Positions 16,941 through 24,859 of a stretch of DNA of 25,677 nt are shown in pieces. The stretch covers positions 1 through 25,677 of the forward strand of contig JAVYWK010000026.1 in the NCBI GenBank assembly GCA_038727095.1, read 5' to 3'. This DNA comes from Thermofilaceae archaeon (GTDB taxonomy: Archaea; Thermoproteota; Thermoprotei; Thermofilales; Thermofilaceae). The notes below the pieces were generated by a model. The model had not been told where the DNA came from. It worked only from the letters and a program-made list of their open reading frames with translations, and did not search any database. Made by a program: the position numbers and the translations under genes. The stretch's first letter is position 1, and the number at the start of each line of letters is the position of its first letter.

Positions 16941-17654
16941 GTGAGCGAGATCCGCCTCTCGAACCTTACGTGGAGGGAGGCTGAATCCTATTTCTCGCGC
17001 AGCGACGTAGCGATCCTCCCCGTCGGTTCGACGGAGCAGCACGGCCCCCAGAACCCTCTCGGAACCGACCATCTGATCGCCTACGCCCTGGCGCTCGAGG
17101 CTGGCAAGCGGACTGGCACACTCGTCCTACCCCCGATCCCCTTCGGGGTGAGCGTACACCACTCCCGCTTCCCCGGGACTGTATGGGTTAGGGAGGAGGT
17201 TTTCAAGGAGTACGTGCGCGACGTGATCGCCTCGCTCGCGAGCCACGGCGTCAGGAAGGTCGTTGTGGTGAACGGCCACGGCGGCAACCTGCACGCCCTC
17301 TTGTCCCTGGCTAGGGAGCTGAGGGAGAAAGGCGTTCTCGTTGTCGTGTACCAGTGGTGGACGCTGCCCGAGCTGGAGAAGTACTTCCCGAGGGAGGAGC
17401 TGGGGCACGCCGCGGCAGTGGAAACGTCGTTGAACCTGTACCTGCACGGGGAAGCCGTGAAGATGGAGGCGGCCGTCGATGAGGAACCGAAGAAGCTGCC
17501 GACAGACGACGTCGCCTACTTCCCCGAGTACACGCACGATCGAACGGGCAGCGGCGTCTTCGGAGTTGCTAGAACCGCGACGAGAGAAAAGGGGGAAAAG
17601 GTTTTCAATATCGCGGTTGGAGCCCTCGTCAAGCTGATCGAGAGCCTCAAGTAG
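16941..17654 (+). CDS. Creatininase / creatinine amidohydrolase family protein
   Basis: PVGSTEQHG, GTD, NGHGGN and GHA...ETS metal-binding motifs; own TATA (TTAAATA 16911-16917) containing the PadR stop codon. Confidence 0.92.
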   Translation: MSEIRLSNLTWREAESYFSRSDVAILPVGSTEQHGPQNPLGTDHLIAYALALEAGKRTGTLVLPPIPFGVSVHHSRFPGTVWVREEVFKEYVRDVIASLASHGVRKVVVVNGHGGNLHALLSLARELREKGVLVVVYQWWTLPELEKYFPREELGHAAAVETSLNLYLHGEAVKMEAAVDEEPKKLPTDDVAYFPEYTHDRTGSGVFGVARTATREKGEKVFNIAVGALVKLIESLK

Positions 17655-20514
17655 AGCAGACGCTCCCGTCGACCACTGCTTCGACGCTCTTCCCCTCAAC
17701 CCCCTCCAGGAGGATGGTAGCATCGCGTCGCTCGCCGGGTGCCAGCTCCACTGGGTAGACGCAAGCGCACCTTCCGTCGACGCGCACAGCGATCCTAGCC
17801 ACGTCAGTCACGTCGCCCGCGTTAGCTACGCGCGCTCTAACGGCGAGCGCGCCGTCACAGCGCTTCACTTCAAAGCTCTCGAGCACGAACTTCGCCTCAT
17901 GCTTCCCCGCGATTTTGAACGACCCTGTCAGCCTGATGTCCTCCGACGAGGACCCGACCATCACCACGAACTCTCCCGGCTCAACAACCCTCCGCACCCC
18001 CTCGTCGTAAATCGCTAGGTCGTCGGGCGTGAGCGTGAACCGGACCTCCGCCTCTTCACCCGGCTTCAGCGTTACCCGCTTGAACCCCCTCAGCAGCTTG
18101 AGGGGGCTCGCAACGCTCGAAACAGGGTCCCTCACGTACAGCTGGACGACTTCGTCCCCCTCCCTGTCGCCAACGTTCTTGACTTTAACCGAGATCTCAA
18201 CCCGCTTCTCGTCCTCGCTCACGCGTATGCTCAGGCTGCTGTACTCGAACTTGGTGTAGCTGAGGCCGTGTCCGAAGGGGAACAGCGGTGCACCGGTCGT
18301 GTCGACGTAGTCGTAGACCCTGCCCGACGGCTTCGGGTTGTAGTAGAGGGGTAGCTGGCCCTCATTGTGGGGCCAGGTGAAAGGCAGCCTACCGCCGGGG
18401 TTGTAGTCGCCGAAGAGCACGTCTGCGATAGCGCGCCCCCCTTCCTGCCCCGGGTACCAAGCTAAGACGACAGCAGGAACCTTGTACAACCACTCGCCAA
18501 CCACCGCGCTGCCTGCTACAAGAACCACCACAACCCTAGGATTCACTTCTAACAAGCGTTCGAGCAGCTGCTCCCAAGATCTCGTGAGCCTGAGGATTGC
18601 TCTATCCCTCTCCTCGCCCTCCACGATGTCTACGAAGGTAACGACAGCGTCGGCGTCCTTCGCCGCTTCCAAGGCTTTACTGATTTCTTCGGAGTTGACG
18701 AGGTCCCAGCCGAGCCTTACAGCTGCGTAGCCGCTGGTTCTTGAGAACTCGATGGAGAAGTCGTGCTCTCCGCTTAAATCGACTTCAACAGTCTTGTACG
18801 TGCTGACCCCCGTCGCGTCCACCTCAGCTAATACTTTCGAGTCTAGGATTAGCCTAGCCCTACCGCCAGAAACACCCAGGCAGAGCGCATACTTTCCAGG
18901 CTTTGGAGGTAGCAGTCGGCCCGTGAAGCGCACGGAGTAGGTATCGGTTTCAACGCCGCCGTGCGGCCTGCGGTAGCCCCACTCGAACCTGAAGCCGCCC
19001 CAGTACATACCCACGTAGTCGGCAACCGGTACCCCTTCGAAGTTGGGGTTGTTGAAGATCTGAATCCTCACCCCCCAGCCCTGCATCCCCTTCGGTGGTG
19101 CTACGAAGCGCGCGATGAAGCCCACATCGATGGGTATCGCTTCGATGTACTCGAGCCGCGCCGCGGACCCTTCTAGCTTCTCGGCTATGGCTTGGAGCGG
19201 CGTCGTTACGGCTTTAGGCGTTCCGCTGTAGCCGCCCAGCTTCAGGTTTTTGGCGGCTCCTCCCACGATGAGGAGCTTCCTGATCCTGCCTTTATCGATC
19301 GGCAGCACACCCTCGTTCTTGAGGAGGACGATAGCCTTCCTCGCGGCCTCGAGGGCGAGCCGCCTATGCTCCTCGCAGCCGACAACCCTCTCCGCCTCCT
19401 CGGGATCGACGAAGGGCTCGTCAAACAGGCCGATCAAAAACTTCGCCCTCAAAACCCTCCGCACCGCTTCATCCACAACCTCCATCGGGATGAGACCCTC
19501 CTTCACAGCCTTCTCCAGAGCGTCGCCGTAAACGTCCACTCGGGGTAGCTCAACCTCGAGGCCCGCCTCCAGCGCCAGCTTCGCGGCGAGCTCCCTCGAA
19601 TCCGTGACGCGGTGGTGCGTGATTATCCCAGTGACTGAGCCGTAGTCGGAGACGACGAAGCCCTCGAACCCCCACTCCTTCCGTAGAACGTCGGTCAGCA
19701 GCCACCTGTTGCAGGAGCAGGGGACACCGTCGAGGGAGTTGTAGGCCGCCATCACGGACAGGGCTCCCGCCTTTACGCAGGCTCTGAACGGGGGTAGGAA
19801 CACCTCCCGCAGGATCCTCTCGGAGAAGTGGGCTTCGTGGCTGTCCCTTCCGCCGTCAGCCTCGAAGTTCGCGACGAAGTGCTTCGGCGTCGCGATAACG
19901 CCCTCCTCTCGCAGGGCCCTGCAGTAGGCAGCCCCCATGACGGAGGCGAGGTATGGGTCTTCGCCGTACGTCTCCTCCGTCCTACCGGCTCTCACGTCGC
20001 GGGCTAGGTTGACCACGGGGGCGAGGCACTGGCGGATCCCCCTAGCTCTCGCCTCCCTCGCGATCGCCTTCGCAACCCTGTAGACGAGCTCGGGGTCCCA
20101 CGTAGCGGCCAGCGCGATCGCCTGGGGGAACTGGGTGGAGTGCATCGCCATGCAGCCGTGCAAGCACTCGTCGTGGATGATGGCGGGGATCCCCAGCCTC
20201 GTCCCCTCGATCAGCTTGCGCTGAACCTCGTTGGCGAGCTGAGCCCCCTCCCTCGGCGGCAGGCCCCTCAGGATGATGGAGAGATTGCCGTAGGGGCCGA
20301 ACTCGAAGCCCGACCTCAGCTGCTCCAGCTTCTCCTCGAGAGTCATCCTGCTCAACAGGTCCTCGACGCGCTCCTCTACCGGCCTGGTGGGGTCCTCGTA
20401 GGGGTCCATCACACCGTTCTTGTTGAAGTCGATCCAACCGTCGCGGTAGATGCCGACAGACTCCGCTCCCGGAGGCAGGTAGCGCCGGGGCACGCGCAAC
20501 TCTGCGGGAAGCAT
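17647..20514 (-). CDS. Cytoplasmic GH3 beta-glucosidase/xylosidase with PA14-like insertion, Fn3-like domain and extra C-terminal domain
   Basis: LLSRMTLEEK, GRTEETYGEDP, PKHF, VVSDY nucleophile, AIVLLKN, PA14-like YSVRFTGRL insert and GDEVVQLY; no signal peptide. Confidence 0.93.
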   Translation of the reverse strand: MLPAELRVPRRYLPPGAESVGIYRDGWIDFNKNGVMDPYEDPTRPVEERVEDLLSRMTLEEKLEQLRSGFEFGPYGNLSIILRGLPPREGAQLANEVQRKLIEGTRLGIPAIIHDECLHGCMAMHSTQFPQAIALAATWDPELVYRVAKAIAREARARGIRQCLAPVVNLARDVRAGRTEETYGEDPYLASVMGAAYCRALREEGVIATPKHFVANFEADGGRDSHEAHFSERILREVFLPPFRACVKAGALSVMAAYNSLDGVPCSCNRWLLTDVLRKEWGFEGFVVSDYGSVTGIITHHRVTDSRELAAKLALEAGLEVELPRVDVYGDALEKAVKEGLIPMEVVDEAVRRVLRAKFLIGLFDEPFVDPEEAERVVGCEEHRRLALEAARKAIVLLKNEGVLPIDKGRIRKLLIVGGAAKNLKLGGYSGTPKAVTTPLQAIAEKLEGSAARLEYIEAIPIDVGFIARFVAPPKGMQGWGVRIQIFNNPNFEGVPVADYVGMYWGGFRFEWGYRRPHGGVETDTYSVRFTGRLLPPKPGKYALCLGVSGGRARLILDSKVLAEVDATGVSTYKTVEVDLSGEHDFSIEFSRTSGYAAVRLGWDLVNSEEISKALEAAKDADAVVTFVDIVEGEERDRAILRLTRSWEQLLERLLEVNPRVVVVLVAGSAVVGEWLYKVPAVVLAWYPGQEGGRAIADVLFGDYNPGGRLPFTWPHNEGQLPLYYNPKPSGRVYDYVDTTGAPLFPFGHGLSYTKFEYSSLSIRVSEDEKRVEISVKVKNVGDREGDEVVQLYVRDPVSSVASPLKLLRGFKRVTLKPGEEAEVRFTLTPDDLAIYDEGVRRVVEPGEFVVMVGSSSEDIRLTGSFKIAGKHEAKFVLESFEVKRCDGALAVRARVANAGDVTDVARIAVRVDGRCACVYPVELAPGERRDATILLEGVEGKSVEAVVDGSVCST

Positions 20515-20592
20515 CGTAAAATGTGTAACGCCGCTAAGGGGTTCGGGGCTCCAGCGGTCTAGGAGAAACGGTCCTGTATGTGGCGCGGTCAG

Positions 20593-20943
20593 CTAAAGCA
20601 ACCTCACCCAGTACTTCTCCGCATCCCTTAGGATCACGCTCCTCCCCCTGAGCCTCTCGAACTCCTCAGGAGTGTAGAGCAGGAGCTCCACCGAGATCGT
20701 GTCGGGCAGCAGCCTCCTCACGAGAAGGTACCTCTCGCCCAAGTTCAGCCCCCGGAAGGCTGGGGAAACCACGATGAGGTCCACATCGCTGTCCCTGAGC
20801 CAATCGCCCCGCGCGTAGCTCCCAAACAGGTACACTTGAGCTGAGCCCAGCTGCTCCACCACCCTTTCCACGAAGCTCTTCAGGATCTCCTCGAGCTCGG
20901 GAGGAATGCCGGTGCTACCTGAGCCCAGCTGCCCTGCCGACGT
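20593..20943 (-). CDS. Minimal nucleotidyltransferase (MNT) antitoxin
   Basis: VYLFGSYARGDWLRDSDVDL (GS-x10-DxD). First canonical start is GTG 20871; the frame stays open upstream, and an ACG at 20943 has a GGAGGTG SD. Start uncertain. Confidence 0.85.
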   Translation of the reverse strand, partial: TSAGQLGSGSTGIPPELEEILKSFVERVVEQLGSAQVYLFGSYARGDWLRDSDVDLIVVSPAFRGLNLGERYLLVRRLLPDTISVELLLYTPEEFERLRGRSVILRDAEKYWVRLL

Positions 20944-21307
20944 ACTCCACCACCTCCTCGGCTATCCTCAACAGCCTGCTGGCTAGCGCTCTATCGATGC
21001 TCTCCCACGGCCTCTCCAGCCCGGCGTTGGGGTACCTAGCCACAGTGTAGTAGGGTGACAGCTCCAGCACCCCCACCCTGAGGTCCTCCGGCAGCTCCAC
21101 TCCGAGCGCCGATAGCAGGCGCGACAAATCGTGGGTTTTGGGCGGCGGCTCCCTCCTGAGAACCATGATGGCCGACTTCAGCGCCTTCTCGACTGCCTGG
21201 TGGGCTGCGAAAACCGCCCAGTTGTACCTCCCCTCCCTAAAAGCGGATTTCGCTTCTTCCAGATCCACGAGCGAACCATCGTACCAGGCTTTAGCCTCCT
21301 CTCTCAC
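20915..21307 (-). CDS. HEPN domain protein (toxin-type partner of MNT)
   Basis: DLEEA...YNWAVFAAHQAVEKALK, PKTHDL and YTVARYP; adjacent to MNT. Confidence 0.9.
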   Translation of the reverse strand: MREEAKAWYDGSLVDLEEAKSAFREGRYNWAVFAAHQAVEKALKSAIMVLRREPPPKTHDLSRLLSALGVELPEDLRVGVLELSPYYTVARYPNAGLERPWESIDRALASRLLRIAEEVVEYVGRAAGLR

Positions 21308-21435
21308 AGTCGATAAAAGCGTCAGCCAGTTCTTAACCCTTTGTCAAGCGCTTCGCATCCGCATCGGCCCCCTTAGGCCCGTCTGAGCGCGCGAGAAAAC
21401 GCTTTAATCGAGAAGAGGTTTAAGGTGGAGAGAGC

Positions 21436-21843
21436 GTGAGCGGAGAGAGCGGGCGGCGGGAGGCGTTGATCTTCCGAGTTAAGGCCCCCCTCAGCGAGTA
21501 CGAGTTGAAGGAGTACGTGCTCTCCCTCCTCCACCAGAGGCCGGCTGGGATCTTCTGGACCATACCCCTCGATAGGGCTCGGATCAAGGGGAGCTACCGG
21601 ATCATCGACACCTACGAGACCCGTCGCGAGCTTGTGGCGCTGGTCGCCGTCGATAGGCTCGAGGAGCTCGAGTGGAGGAGCAGGAGCGGGCTCACCAGGT
21701 TCGTCTGGAGGCGCAGCGGGGGGAGAGGCGTGCTCGAGGGGGAGCTCAGCGAGAGGGCGCTGGCGAAGCTGATCATGATAGTTGGCGTGAACCGAGTCCA
21801 AGCCCGGCTGGTGAGATCCGAGCAACGCCCGCCGAAGCGCTAG
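21436..21843 (+). CDS. Hypothetical protein
   Basis: 135-aa ORF with codon style like its neighbours, upstream TTTAA elements and a GGTGGAG SD-like site; no recognised motif. Confidence 0.7.
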   Translation: MSGESGRREALIFRVKAPLSEYELKEYVLSLLHQRPAGIFWTIPLDRARIKGSYRIIDTYETRRELVALVAVDRLEELEWRSRSGLTRFVWRRSGGRGVLEGELSERALAKLIMIVGVNRVQARLVRSEQRPPKR

Positions 21844-21908
21844 GCGGCCGCTAAGATGCTGTGGAGGGGGCCGCTCGCATATATAGCGTCCATAGGTCTA
21901 CTGCCGCG

Positions 21909-22352
21909 ATGACGGGGCCCGGCGAGGGTAAGATCGCTCTCAAGGCCAAAGTGTACTTGGGTTCGAGGAGGGTGGACTGCGACGTCTACCTGCACGTCAA
22001 GGGGTACTCGCTCGCCAGGGTCACGCACCTCGATGTGGAAAGCGACGTTCTGAACGAGGCTATCCCGCCTCGCGCTTCGATGTACGCGACCGCCTACACT
22101 CAAGCTGGCGCTCTCCGCGTGAGGTTCCGGGAGCCGCTGGAGTTCGGCTTCGGCCCCGTGAGGGAGATCGCCGTCGAGTGCCCCGAGCTCGCCCAAGCCC
22201 TGGGACCTGTTCGGGACGTGGTGTACGTCGGGGGGAAGGAGGGCGGGATCTTCATTGGCTTCCGGCGCGAGCAGATCCGGAAGCTCGAGGAGCTGGCCAT
22301 GCGATTGGGGGTACCCCCGCGAAAGCGACTTTTACCTGAGGGTGAAAGCTGA
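21909..22352 (+). CDS. Hypothetical protein with internal two-fold repeat
   Basis: TATATA 21880-21885 lies 23 nt before ATG 21909, arguing against GTG 21861; protein-like composition. Confidence 0.75.
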   Translation: MTGPGEGKIALKAKVYLGSRRVDCDVYLHVKGYSLARVTHLDVESDVLNEAIPPRASMYATAYTQAGALRVRFREPLEFGFGPVREIAVECPELAQALGPVRDVVYVGGKEGGIFIGFRREQIRKLEELAMRLGVPPRKRLLPEGES

Positions 22353-22356
22353 GGGC

Positions 22357-23844
22357 GTGAGCGTAGCCCTCGTCTTCGACTGCGGCTCAACGAACCTCAG
22401 GGTGGCAGCGGTCAGCGAGAGCGGGGAGATCGTTGCTCAGGCGAGCGAGCCGAACGGGCCCGTCCCCCAGCCGGGGCGCGCGGACTGGCTCATCTGGGAC
22501 GTTGACGCGATCTGGTTGAAGCTGTGCAAGCTTTCACGCAGGGTCGTCGAGCAGCTCGAAGGTGTGCGCATAGCTGCGGTGTCCGTGACGACGTGGGGGG
22601 CGGACGGGGCGCTCGTAGAGAGGGATGGGAGCCTCGCCTACCCTGCGATCTCGTGGCAGTGCAACAGGACGCGGGAGGTGGTGCCGCTTCTGCTCGAGCT
22701 GGTGAGCCCGAGGGAGATCTTCAGGGTGACGGGCTACCAGGTGATCCACTTCAACACGCTGTTCAAGTGGCTCTGGATCAGGCGGAACGAGCCGGAAGCC
22801 TTCGAGCGCGCTCACACCTGGCTGATGATGCCGGGCCTCATCGCCCACAGGCTCTGCGGCGAGTTCCACGTAGATCCGACCAGCGCCTCGACGGCCATGG
22901 CGATGGACCTGGCCAAGAGGGATTGGAGCAGCGAGATGCTCTCGCTCGTCGGGCTCGACCCCGGCTTCTTCCCCGAGTGGGTTGAGCCGGGGGAGGTCAT
23001 CGGCCACGTGACCGGCGAGGCCTCGAAGGCCGCTGGCATACCCGAGGGGGTCCCCGTGGTCGCGGCCGGGCATGACACGCAGTTCGCGATCTTCGCGGCC
23101 GGCGCGAGCGCTGACGAAGCCGTGCTCTCGAGCGGGACGTGGGAGATCCTGGCTCTTCGCATGGACCGCTTCGACCCGAACGATGAGGCGCTCGAGCTGG
23201 GCGTCCTGATCGAAGCGGACGTCGAGAGGGGCAAGTGGAACCCGCAGCTCCTCATGATCGCTTCCGCGGTGCTCGAGTGGCTGAAGCGCCTAGCCTACCC
23301 GGAGCTCGGGCCGGGGGAGTACGCGAGGATGGTGGAGGAGGCGTCCTCCGTGGCGCCGGGGTCCGGGGGTCTCCTGTTTATCCCCAGCTTCGTCCCCGAC
23401 TCGGGCCCCCTGGCGAAGTACGGGGTGGCGGGAGCCATCGTCGGCCTGAGGCTGGGGAGTAGCCGGGGGCAGCTGTACCGCGCGGCTCTCGAGGGCCTCT
23501 CGCTGCAGCTCCGCTTGGCGCTCGAGTCGCTGGAGCGCGCTTACGGCTTCAGGGCGAAGGGGGTCAGGGTCGTGGGGGGCGGCTCGAAGAACGAACTGTG
23601 GAACCAGATCAGAGCCGACGTGCTGGGCAAACCCGTCACCGTGCCGCGGCAGAGCGAAGCCACAGTGCTGGGCGCGGCGATAGCGGCCTTCAAGGGCGCC
23701 GGCGTCTACAGCAGCATGGAGGAGGGGTTGAGGAGGACTGCCTTCGGCTTGAGGAGCTACGAGCCCTCGCGAAGGGCAGAGTACGATGCGCTCTACCGCA
23801 GGTTCACCGTGCTGCTCGAAGCCCTCTCGCGGGCCGGCGTCTAA
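22357..23844 (+). CDS. fucK: FGGY-family sugar kinase, L-fuculokinase-like
   Basis: DCGSTN, ISWQC.RT, FNTLFK, AGHDTQFA, LSSGTWEIL, YRAALEGL and VGGGSKNELWNQI match my recollection of enterobacterial FucK. Start GTG 22357, with TTTTA 22 nt upstream. Confidence 0.8.
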   Translation: MSVALVFDCGSTNLRVAAVSESGEIVAQASEPNGPVPQPGRADWLIWDVDAIWLKLCKLSRRVVEQLEGVRIAAVSVTTWGADGALVERDGSLAYPAISWQCNRTREVVPLLLELVSPREIFRVTGYQVIHFNTLFKWLWIRRNEPEAFERAHTWLMMPGLIAHRLCGEFHVDPTSASTAMAMDLAKRDWSSEMLSLVGLDPGFFPEWVEPGEVIGHVTGEASKAAGIPEGVPVVAAGHDTQFAIFAAGASADEAVLSSGTWEILALRMDRFDPNDEALELGVLIEADVERGKWNPQLLMIASAVLEWLKRLAYPELGPGEYARMVEEASSVAPGSGGLLFIPSFVPDSGPLAKYGVAGAIVGLRLGSSRGQLYRAALEGLSLQLRLALESLERAYGFRAKGVRVVGGGSKNELWNQIRADVLGKPVTVPRQSEATVLGAAIAAFKGAGVYSSMEEGLRRTAFGLRSYEPSRRAEYDALYRRFTVLLEALSRAGV

Positions 23845-23849
23845 ACCCC

Positions 23850-23883
23850 GAGCGGTGTTTCGCCGCTCAAGGCGGTTTCGCCG
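23850..23883. terminator. Tandem hairpins between convergent kinase and peptidase genes
   Basis: GAGCGGTG-TTT-CGCCGCTC (23850-23868) and GGCG-GTTT-CGCC (23871-23882); GTTTCGCCG is directly repeated. No long T tract. Confidence 0.35.
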
Positions 23884-23888
23884 ATGTT

Positions 23889-24719
23889 TCAGCGCTCGAG
23901 CGCTGACGCCGCTAGCGCCCACAGCTCGATGAGCTTGTAGGCTTCCAGGATGTTCCTCGCCGTGTACTCGACGGTGAGGGGGCTTGACCGCCTCGCCCCG
24001 GGCACGAGGCAGGCTACCTCGGCGTACGCCGTCGAGTTGAAGGTGGCCTTCAGCTCCACCGGCTCCGCCGCGCGCAGGGGCTTCGCCTCTCCCGATTTGA
24101 ACCTCCTCACAGCTTCCACCGCGCCCTCCCGCAGCCTACGCTTAACTCGCTCGAGGCTGAAGCTCCTCGCCGAGAACCTCCCCAAGCTCCTCTTCAGCGG
24201 GACGCGGACGGCCCAAGGCGCTAGCTTCGCCACGTCCTCCTCCAGCAGCCTCTCGTCCCCCGCCACGAGCACGACGGGCTTCCCGTAGAAGCCGGCGACG
24301 TACGCGTTGAGGAGGAACTCGCTGGCTTCAACGCCGTTTACGAGGATCGACCTGTAGACCCGGCCACTGTAAGTGTGGTCGAACGCTGCCCTCTCCGTCC
24401 CGAACTTCGCGTGGTAGCCCACGAAAACCGCAACATCTGCTTCCTCGACGCAGGCCACCATGCTCGCTGGTCGTGGGAAGCCCCTGATCACCTCCACGTA
24501 CTCGGGCAGCTTCTCAACGTCCAGGTTCACCATTTCGCCGTGGCTGTCCGCGACCATCACCTCCCCGAACCCCAAGTCGTAGAGCGCCTCGGCAAGGGTT
24601 GAGACGACCGACGTTGCAATCCTCCTAGCCTCGTCGAAGAGGGGCCTACCCGGCGACAAGTGGTCCCTGGATACGATAAAGGGCATGCCCTCCATGTCGA
24701 CCGAAACGTAGGCCTTCAT
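23889..24719 (-). CDS. dppA: M55 family metallopeptidase (D-aminopeptidase DppA-like)
   Basis: SVDMEG, ADSHG, GYHAK, HTYS and LVAGD zinc-binding motifs; TTTATA 22 nt before the ATG. Confidence 0.9.
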   Translation of the reverse strand: MKAYVSVDMEGMPFIVSRDHLSPGRPLFDEARRIATSVVSTLAEALYDLGFGEVMVADSHGEMVNLDVEKLPEYVEVIRGFPRPASMVACVEEADVAVFVGYHAKFGTERAAFDHTYSGRVYRSILVNGVEASEFLLNAYVAGFYGKPVVLVAGDERLLEEDVAKLAPWAVRVPLKRSLGRFSARSFSLERVKRRLREGAVEAVRRFKSGEAKPLRAAEPVELKATFNSTAYAEVACLVPGARRSSPLTVEYTARNILEAYKLIELWALAASALER

Positions 24720-24741
24720 CGCTTTCGCTCCGCGCCAAGGG

Positions 24742-24747
24742 TATAAA
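24742..24747. promoter_or_regulatory. TATA box shared by dppA (-) and a box C/D sRNA (+)
   Basis: TATAAA lies 22 nt from ATG 24719 on the minus strand and about 21 nt from the sRNA 5' stem on the plus strand. Confidence 0.6.
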
Positions 24748-24768
24748 TTCGCTCACCCATGGAGGAGG

Positions 24769-24824
24769 TCCGGTGATGAGAGAGGCCGTGGCTAGCCGTG
24801 GCCGAACTTCAGCGGACTGATCGG
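24769..24824 (+). ncRNA. Box C/D sRNA
   Basis: Perfect C GTGATGA 24773-24779 and D CTGA 24817-24820; degenerate D'/C' (CTAG, GTGGCCGA); 12- and 11-nt guides; CCG/CGG terminal stem; own TATA; intergenic. Confidence 0.78.
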
Positions 24825-24859
24825 GCAAGCCATATATACGCGGCTCATGCGTAGCCTGC

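Noticed and set aside
20531-20557. Hairpin CCGCT...AGCGG upstream of the PA14-GH3 as an ncRNA or H/ACA guide
   Set aside because: No K-turn or ACA box found; such stems arise easily in GC-rich DNA. At most it is a terminator for MNT.
20593-21307. HEPN-MNT pair as the marker of a mobile element
   Set aside because: No integrase, transposase, terminal repeats or tRNA site; such pairs are common and scattered in thermophilic archaea.
22255-22356. Upstream extension of the FGGY kinase
   Set aside because: Overlaps the preceding CDS; family similarity begins at VALVFDCG and promoter spacing fits GTG 22357.
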